Source: a virus
Taxonomy: Duplodnaviria; Caudoviricetes
IMG/VR virus record: IMGVR_UViG_3300025344_000002
Location: 1 to 38,085 of that record
Length of the DNA: 38,085 nt
Direction: 5' to 3' (one strand)
Part shown: positions 32,454 through 38,085 of the stretch, piece by piece
How the letters are laid out: every line of letters starts with the position of its first letter
Numbering within the stretch: the stretch's first letter is position 1
Translations under genes and position numbers: made by a program
Notes under the pieces: generated by a model
Databases searched by the model: none
Told to the model about the DNA's origin: nothing
Seen by the model: the letters and a program-made list of their open reading frames with translations, nothing else

Positions 32454-34407
32454 TAAAGAACTGTTAGTTTCAAAATTTAATACTGGACTTAACGTAGTTG
32501 ATAGTTCATTGGATATACAAGACAGTGATTTAACGATAGCTGATAACGTAGAATATCTTGCTGTTGGTGAAGTTAAATCAATAGATGCTCCCACACCAAT
32601 AGGTAATCATGGATATATATCAGTTTTTGCTGATGCTGGTGGTGGTAAGGTTACTGTAACTAGTACAGATCACGGACTATCTAACGGTGATAATGTTACT
32701 ATAGAATGGACTACTAGTTATGATGGAAACTATGTTGTTTCTAGTGTAGCTACTGATACATTTGAAATAACTGATACTTTTGTTGCTAACGATGCTACTG
32801 GAAGATATAGAAAAAGAATAATCGTAAACAGTGAAGTTTCTACAAAGTTTCTTGGTATAGTTAAATTCAACAGCTTAGTTTATGCTATGGTTTCTAACTA
32901 TACTGTTGCTAGATTAATGAAGTCTACTGGTGATACTGATGCTACTGGTGATTGGACAGAAGCTAATTCTACAGATTTCGATAAAGATGCGATAACAAGG
33001 TTTGATGTTTATGGTGAAAAACTTTGGTTCGTTAATGGAAAGAGTTTATCAATATCTAAATCAATTACAGTATTTACTGATGCAACTGGTGGACAGGTAA
33101 CTGTTACAAGCGTAGGACACGGATTAATTGAAGGAAACTATATAACAATATCCGGAACTACTAGCTATAACGGTAGTTTTAATATTTCTAATGTTACTAC
33201 GGATACTTTTGAGATAACAGATACATGGGTTGCTAATGATGCCACTGGTACTATAGCTATGACTCAGACGTTAAATATATTAGATACTAGTGATGTTCTT
33301 ACTGGTTTTAGTTCTAATAAGCTTCCAGTTGGAATAAATCATATAACTACTCATTTAGAGAGACAGACGGTTTCGTTTAAGAATACTTTTCTTTTATCAA
33401 TACAGTATCCTGATGGTCTAGAAACTGATTGGGATAACTCAACTGTTTATACTGGTGCTGATACTGCTGGTTTTATTCAGCTTGATAATAATACTGAAGA
33501 TGAGATAGTTGGTTTAGAGACTTTGTATTCTCAATTAGTTCTATTTAGAAAAAGATCAATACATATAATGACAGGTACAGAGATTCTAACAAGTACGATT
33601 ACCAAGAAAACTATGTCTAAGAATGGCGTTCTGGCACCTTTAAGTATAGCTAGAGGAGATAATACTGTATATTTCCTAGGGGGAGAGGGAGTTAAAAGTT
33701 TAAATACTATAACCGTACAGGGGCAGACAGAGGAACTTGATAGTCTTACTACTTTAACGATAGATAGACCTATTAAGACCTATATAGATGCTATATCTAG
33801 GTCAGGCAAACAAAATATGTCAGCTTATGCTTTTAAAGATAAGTACTATTTATCAGATATTACATCTGGAATAATATTTGTTTTGGATGAGATAGCTACT
33901 GCTAGGAATCCTAACGGACAACCAGTTTGGAGCAGATGGAATAATCACGATGCTGAAGTTTTTGTTGAATTTAACGATAAACTTATATGTGCTGGTGGTT
34001 CTTGTGCTTATTATATGAACGATGATGAAAACGGTGATGTTGATAGTAAAATTAAGACAAAAGGCTATAATGGTGGCGATAATATATTCGTTAAAATATA
34101 CGAATCGATACTATTTATGTTCAGGACTTTTGCCAAAGAGCAAGCTTATACGATAAAATGGTATTTAGATGGTGCTAGTAATACGTTTAATGCAACAATA
34201 GGTTCTAGTAATAATAAATATAACACAGAACTTAAATATAATAATGGTGCTAAGTATAATGAATTTGGTATAAATTTTAGAGAATATAAGAAGAGGAAGC
34301 TCATGTCTGGTAAGAATATAGCTTTTTCTGTTGAAGCTTCTGGTAAAAACAGGTTTCAATTAAGCTCATTTGATTTAATATTTGAACAGACAAGACGAGG
34401 AGGATAA
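32437..34407 (+). CDS. Tail nozzle/stabilisation protein with two inserted beta-sandwich domains
   Basis: FNTGLN N-terminus, LVLFRKRSI, GVLAPLSI, VYFLG and WSRW beta-propeller-type motifs; two HGL..G..VTI domains. Confidence 0.7.
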   Translation: MVNPLSKELLVSKFNTGLNVVDSSLDIQDSDLTIADNVEYLAVGEVKSIDAPTPIGNHGYISVFADAGGGKVTVTSTDHGLSNGDNVTIEWTTSYDGNYVVSSVATDTFEITDTFVANDATGRYRKRIIVNSEVSTKFLGIVKFNSLVYAMVSNYTVARLMKSTGDTDATGDWTEANSTDFDKDAITRFDVYGEKLWFVNGKSLSISKSITVFTDATGGQVTVTSVGHGLIEGNYITISGTTSYNGSFNISNVTTDTFEITDTWVANDATGTIAMTQTLNILDTSDVLTGFSSNKLPVGINHITTHLERQTVSFKNTFLLSIQYPDGLETDWDNSTVYTGADTAGFIQLDNNTEDEIVGLETLYSQLVLFRKRSIHIMTGTEILTSTITKKTMSKNGVLAPLSIARGDNTVYFLGGEGVKSLNTITVQGQTEELDSLTTLTIDRPIKTYIDAISRSGKQNMSAYAFKDKYYLSDITSGIIFVLDEIATARNPNGQPVWSRWNNHDAEVFVEFNDKLICAGGSCAYYMNDDENGDVDSKIKTKGYNGGDNIFVKIYESILFMFRTFAKEQAYTIKWYLDGASNTFNATIGSSNNKYNTELKYNNGAKYNEFGINFREYKKRKLMSGKNIAFSVEASGKNRFQLSSFDLIFEQTRRGG

Positions 34408-34408
34408 A

Positions 34409-35929
34409 ATGACTAATGTAGGTGATACTTTTGAAGCGATAGTTGCTGGTGCTGATATAGATGCCGAGGAACATGAAAATAATTACAGTAGAATATCAGA
34501 CTTTTTCTCAGGTTTAGTAGCAGATGCTAATATAACTCTTACAGGATCTATTACGGGTGAAACTTTATCAGATGGTACTGCTAGTATAACTGGTGGGGTA
34601 GGTACTGGTTTTAGTGCTATTACTTCAACACTTTTTACTGGTGCATTAACTGGAAATGTTACAGGTAATGTTTCTGGTTCTTCTGGTTCTTGTAGTGGAT
34701 TATCTGCTACAGCTACGGCACTAGCTACAGCAAGAAACATTGCTGGAGTGGCTTTTGATGGAACAGCTAATATATCTTTAAACAACAATGCAATAACAAA
34801 TGGTGCTGGATATACTACGAATGTAGGTGACTTAGTATCTGGTGGAGCGTTAGGCACTCCTAGTTCTGGTACATTAACAAATTGTACATTCCCTACATTA
34901 AATCAAAACACAACTGGACAGGCTGGCACAGTAGCTACTATTGCAGGACTAGCTCCAGATACAGCAACAACGCAAGCAACACAGCCCAATGTCACAAGCA
35001 TAGCCAATTTAGCTACCGTTGGAACAATCACAACAGGGGTATGGAACGCTGGAGCAGTTACTTCTAGTGGTGGCATCTCAGCTACTACAGGTACTTTTAG
35101 TGATGATGTCGGGATAACTGGTAAAATATCTCTAAATGACGGAGGTCGTTCAGTATTCATAGGAGAAGGAGCTGGATTAAATGATGACGGAACTGACAAC
35201 AGAAATGTAGGAGTTGGATATAAATCTCTCTACTTCAACACCACAGGAAGCTATAACACTGCTAATGGCTATTATTCTCTCTACGCCAACACCACAGGAA
35301 GCTGGAACACTGCTACTGGATATCAATCTCTCCGCGCTAACACCACAGGAGAAAATAACACTGCTAATGGACATTATTCTCTCCGCGCTAACACCACAGG
35401 ATACAATAACACTGCTAATGGAGATCATTCTCTCTACGCCAACACCACAGGAAGCTGGAACACTGCTAGTGGATATTATTCTCTCCTCTGCAACACCACA
35501 GGATACTATAACACTGCTAATGGATATTATTCTCTCCTCTGCAACACCACAGGATACTATAACACTGCTAATGGATATCAAGCAGGTCGCTATATCGCTG
35601 ATGGAACAACAGCTAATGAAACAGGAACATATAATACTTTCATCGGTTCTGACACAAAAGCTCTTGCAGACGGAGATACAAACGAAACAGTAATAGGAAA
35701 TGGAGCAGTAGGGGCTGGAAGTAATACTGTAACACTTGGAAATGATGATATTACAGACACATATTTAAAAGGTGATGTAAGCGTTAGTGGGGATTTAATC
35801 ACAACGACTAAAACACCAGCTAGTGCTTCTGCTACTGGAACAGCAGGAACAATAGCTTATGATGCTGATTATATTTATGTGTGTACCGCAACAAACACTT
35901 GGAAAAGAATAGCGATAGCAACATGGTAA
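34409..35929 (+). CDS. Tail fibre 2 / receptor-binding protein
   Basis: ATALATARNIAGVAFDGTANI fibre motif, seven 17-aa repeats, C-terminal TPASASATGTAG...YIYVCTATNTWKR. Start placed at ATG 34409 after GAGGA; the ORF track starts at 34382. Confidence 0.85.
   Translation: MTNVGDTFEAIVAGADIDAEEHENNYSRISDFFSGLVADANITLTGSITGETLSDGTASITGGVGTGFSAITSTLFTGALTGNVTGNVSGSSGSCSGLSATATALATARNIAGVAFDGTANISLNNNAITNGAGYTTNVGDLVSGGALGTPSSGTLTNCTFPTLNQNTTGQAGTVATIAGLAPDTATTQATQPNVTSIANLATVGTITTGVWNAGAVTSSGGISATTGTFSDDVGITGKISLNDGGRSVFIGEGAGLNDDGTDNRNVGVGYKSLYFNTTGSYNTANGYYSLYANTTGSWNTATGYQSLRANTTGENNTANGHYSLRANTTGYNNTANGDHSLYANTTGSWNTASGYYSLLCNTTGYYNTANGYYSLLCNTTGYYNTANGYQAGRYIADGTTANETGTYNTFIGSDTKALADGDTNETVIGNGAVGAGSNTVTLGNDDITDTYLKGDVSVSGDLITTTKTPASASATGTAGTIAYDADYIYVCTATNTWKRIAIATW
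35216..35572 (+). repeat. 51-nt tandem repeat array of tail fibre 2 (7 units)
   Basis: GGM nAT nAn TCT CTC nnC nnY AAC ACC ACA GGA nnn nnn AAC ACT GCT AnT; the last two units are identical. Confidence 0.97.
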
Positions 35930-36219
35930 TGAAACTTTTACTAATACTACTATTATCGTTTAGCTTTGCTATAGACCCGTTAGGATTCATACCTACAGAC
36001 AAGGTGCTACATGCAGGTGCTTCTTACATAATAGTAGATGAACTTGAGACAGTACAGCAATGGCAATGGTACGAGTCAGCTTTAGGGCTATTGGTTATCA
36101 GCCTAGCTAAAGAGCAGGTAGATGTTAATAGTGGTGGTCAATGGGATAATAAAGACATTGTTGCTAACTTTGCAGGGTATGGACTATATAGATTGATACA
36201 TTGGGAGGTTAAATTTTGA
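35929..36219 (+). CDS. Small membrane protein with signal peptide, YfiM-like
   Basis: MKLLLILLLSFSFA leader; DKVLH...LAKEQVD...WDNKDIVAN..G motif; TAATG coupling. The ORF track starts at 35881. Confidence 0.6.
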   Translation: MKLLLILLLSFSFAIDPLGFIPTDKVLHAGASYIIVDELETVQQWQWYESALGLLVISLAKEQVDVNSGGQWDNKDIVANFAGYGLYRLIHWEVKF

Positions 36220-36467
36220 GTGAAGATATTTTGATAGAGAAACATAGCGTTAAGGATTTGTTTGATAAGCTAGATATTATATATAAGCAAACAGTAAAGA
36301 CTAATGGAAGGGTAAACGAGCTAGAGCGTATAGGGATAGGGTATTGGATAAGCAGAAACCAGATTAAGTTCTTCGGTTATCTTGCTGTGGCAATGGTGTT
36401 CTTAGTATCTGACATTAGGCAACCTATCGTAAAGTTTATGTTTGGATTACTGAAAGGATTGGTATGA
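36216..36467 (+). CDS. Putative holin or lysis-associated membrane protein
   Basis: KTNGRV..LE motif plus one hydrophobic helix; overlaps the endolysin start. Confidence 0.5.
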   Translation: MSEDILIEKHSVKDLFDKLDIIYKQTVKTNGRVNELERIGIGYWISRNQIKFFGYLAVAMVFLVSDIRQPIVKFMFGLLKGLV

Positions 36468-36889
36468 AAGTAAGTAACCACTTTAGCGATTGGGAATTGT
36501 TTAGTCCTAAACTATTAGAAGCAATCCATGATAAAGATTTACCAGGTGAATGGTTTGTGCAAGAAGATGCTATAGACTTCCTTGAGGATTTACGAGAATT
36601 TTACGGATCACCTGTTAGTATAAACCAACCTACTAAAGAATTATTACATAGAGGTATTTGTACTGATGACGAGAATTTAAAACAAGGAAGGACATTAACA
36701 TCACAACATAACTTTTGTGCCTTCGACATTTCGCTTTATGATGAGGATATATACTCAGTATATCAATGGATAAAGAAAAATGCTAAACTGTACGGAATTG
36801 GAGCTATTGGTTTATATGATAATTTCATACATATAGACTTTAGGAATAGTGATAAGCTTGTTGAATGGGATAATAGAAATAAAAAATAA
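36464..36889 (+). CDS. Endolysin, peptidase M15 family
   Basis: HFS..E, LR..YG.PV.IN, SQH...AFDI and GLYDNFIHIDFR zinc-binding motifs. Confidence 0.85.
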   Translation: MKVSNHFSDWELFSPKLLEAIHDKDLPGEWFVQEDAIDFLEDLREFYGSPVSINQPTKELLHRGICTDDENLKQGRTLTSQHNFCAFDISLYDEDIYSVYQWIKKNAKLYGIGAIGLYDNFIHIDFRNSDKLVEWDNRNKK

Positions 36890-36900
36890 AGGAGTTAATT

Positions 36901-37194
36901 ATGGATATTTTATTAGGATTATTAGGTAATGATATAGTAACAACAGTAGGTGCTAGTTTATTCGGTTTATTTGTTGGTGGTGTAGGTGTGTGGGTTTATG
37001 TTCAATCTGGCATCAGTAAAATGGTTAAGGCTGGTGGTGATCCTGTTGGTAATTGGTTAGGTAGACTTGCATATAATAATATTTTAAAACCAATTAAGGA
37101 TGATAATTTAAGAAACAAACTTGCTACTGATCTAAATTTAGCAGGAAACGATTTCGATAAAGGTTGGGATAGAGGACTAAAAGGACTTAAATAG
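36901..37194 (+). CDS. Putative membrane/lysis protein
   Basis: AAGGAG RBS; N-terminal transmembrane segment; follows the endolysin. Confidence 0.55.
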   Translation: MDILLGLLGNDIVTTVGASLFGLFVGGVGVWVYVQSGISKMVKAGGDPVGNWLGRLAYNNILKPIKDDNLRNKLATDLNLAGNDFDKGWDRGLKGLK

Positions 37195-37203
37195 GAGCTT
37201 ATT

Positions 37204-37491
37204 TTGGAAAGACCGAACCATTCAAATAGATTTCAGATAAATCAAATAGGCATGTCGTCTATTACTGGAAAACCTGACCCATTAAAAACTGATGGTTATG
37301 GTCGTCTTCTAACAAATAAAGGTCTTGTCAGCGAACCTTTTGATTACGTTATAGAATCAGATGGTGGAGTTACTAGTATTTTTAATCATAAACTAGGTGG
37401 AGCTTCAGGAACAGACGTTGCAGAGGTTACTGTAACCTATACAGACTCAGACAAATGCACGTTCGTTTCTGCTGAACGTACAGATGCCTAG
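37204..37491 (+). CDS. Hypothetical, probably virion-associated protein
   Basis: AGGAG RBS with TTG start; KLGGASGT.VA.VTVTY motif; overlaps the fibre start. Confidence 0.65.
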   Translation: MERPNHSNRFQINQIGMSSITGKPDPLKTDGYGRLLTNKGLVSEPFDYVIESDGGVTSIFNHKLGGASGTDVAEVTVTYTDSDKCTFVSAERTDA

Positions 37492-38085
37492 ATTACAATT
37501 CAATCCAACAACATCTCAATTAGATTTAGTATCTTGTGCAAGTGATTTCGATAATTACTTCCTCAAACTAGACCAGACAACACCACAAAGCATAATCAAT
37601 GGCAACGCTTCCGTAATAGAACCTACTAGCGATTTACACATAGCCAATAAAAAGTATGTAGACGATTATACTGGTGCTAACTACGTTCCTTATAGTGGTG
37701 CGACTGGTAACGTGGATTTAGGCGATAATGATTTTAGTGCTACTAATGGAGATTTTAATGGAAATATTAGAGTTCCAAGTACAACCTTTGCAGAGAAGTT
37801 TGGAATTATTTATAAAGGCACAACACCTTTTATCCACGATTTTAGTTATGGATTAAATGCTGGGGGAATAACTCCGATAGGAAGAAATACTTTTGTTGGA
37901 GTGAACGCTGGTAATCTTACAATGGGTTCAACAGCAACGACAGTAGGTCAAGCAAGTTACAACAACGCAATGGGTGCTTATTCACTGTATGCCAATACGA
38001 CTGGGTCTTACAACAACACAATGGGTTCTTTATCACTGTATTCCAATACGACTGGGTCTTACAACAACACAATGGGTTATTATTC
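37484..38085 (+). CDS. Tail fibre 1, N-terminal part (runs off the right edge; not in the ORF track)
   Basis: Open frame MPRLQFNPTTSQLDLV...ANKKYVD...YVPYSGATGNVDLG...NTFVGVNAGN, then the same 17-aa repeats as at 1-192. Confidence 0.85.
   Translation, partial: MPRLQFNPTTSQLDLVSCASDFDNYFLKLDQTTPQSIINGNASVIEPTSDLHIANKKYVDDYTGANYVPYSGATGNVDLGDNDFSATNGDFNGNIRVPSTTFAEKFGIIYKGTTPFIHDFSYGLNAGGITPIGRNTFVGVNAGNLTMGSTATTVGQASYNNAMGAYSLYANTTGSYNNTMGSLSLYSNTTGSYNNTMGYY
37958..38085 (+). repeat. 51-nt tandem repeat array of tail fibre 1 (right window edge)
   Basis: About 2.5 units with the same codons as 1-192. Confidence 0.95.

Noticed and set aside
11265-35572. Diversity-generating retroelement with 11265-11415 as template repeat and the fibre array as variable repeat
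   Set aside because: I found no reverse transcriptase motifs in any ORF, the differences are not confined to adenines, and many AAC codons stay invariant.
35216-35572. CRISPR array suggested by regular repeats and a Cas4-like gene elsewhere
   Set aside because: The units are contiguous in-frame coding repeats without unique spacers, and the Cas4-like nuclease is coupled to bet as a recombination exonuclease.
35177-35693. Alternative-frame and antisense ORFs over the fibre repeats (35214-35693 +, 35177-35581 -, also 11241-11438 -)
   Set aside because: A stop-free 51-nt unit keeps other frames open automatically, and these ORFs have no convincing RBS.

Overview
The window looks like a near-complete, circularly permuted genome (about 38 kb, AT-rich) of a tailed phage with podovirus-type architecture. 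It is broken at both ends inside a 51-nt tandem repeat of a tail-fibre gene. Transcription diverges from an AT-rich non-coding region at about 19.9-20.5 kb. The leftward arm (19860 to 6236) carries a large N6-adenine methyltransferase-domain protein, a replication initiator, a block of small mosaic genes including a pentapeptide-repeat protein, then Bet/RecT, a Cas4-like exonuclease, SSB and RusA. The rightward arm (20.8 kb to the end, continuing 1-6215) carries GroES, a probable TerS, TerL, portal, scaffold, major capsid protein, two glycosyltransferases, adaptor, nozzle, two tail fibres flanking a lysis cassette, and putative ejection proteins. I recognised no integrase, DNA or RNA polymerase, reverse transcriptase or CRISPR array. 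The most unusual observations are: (1) a 272-nt tRNA-like RNA with its own promoter and two large structured insertions, followed by an ORF interrupted by TAG; (2) an inverted three-unit copy of the tail-fibre repeat, with the same codon choices, inside an early gene 24 kb away; (3) three repeat arrays with nearly invariant synonymous sites and whole-codon variation; (4) a cassette-like gene block with shared junction sequences. All product calls come from motif recognition and gene position, not database searches.
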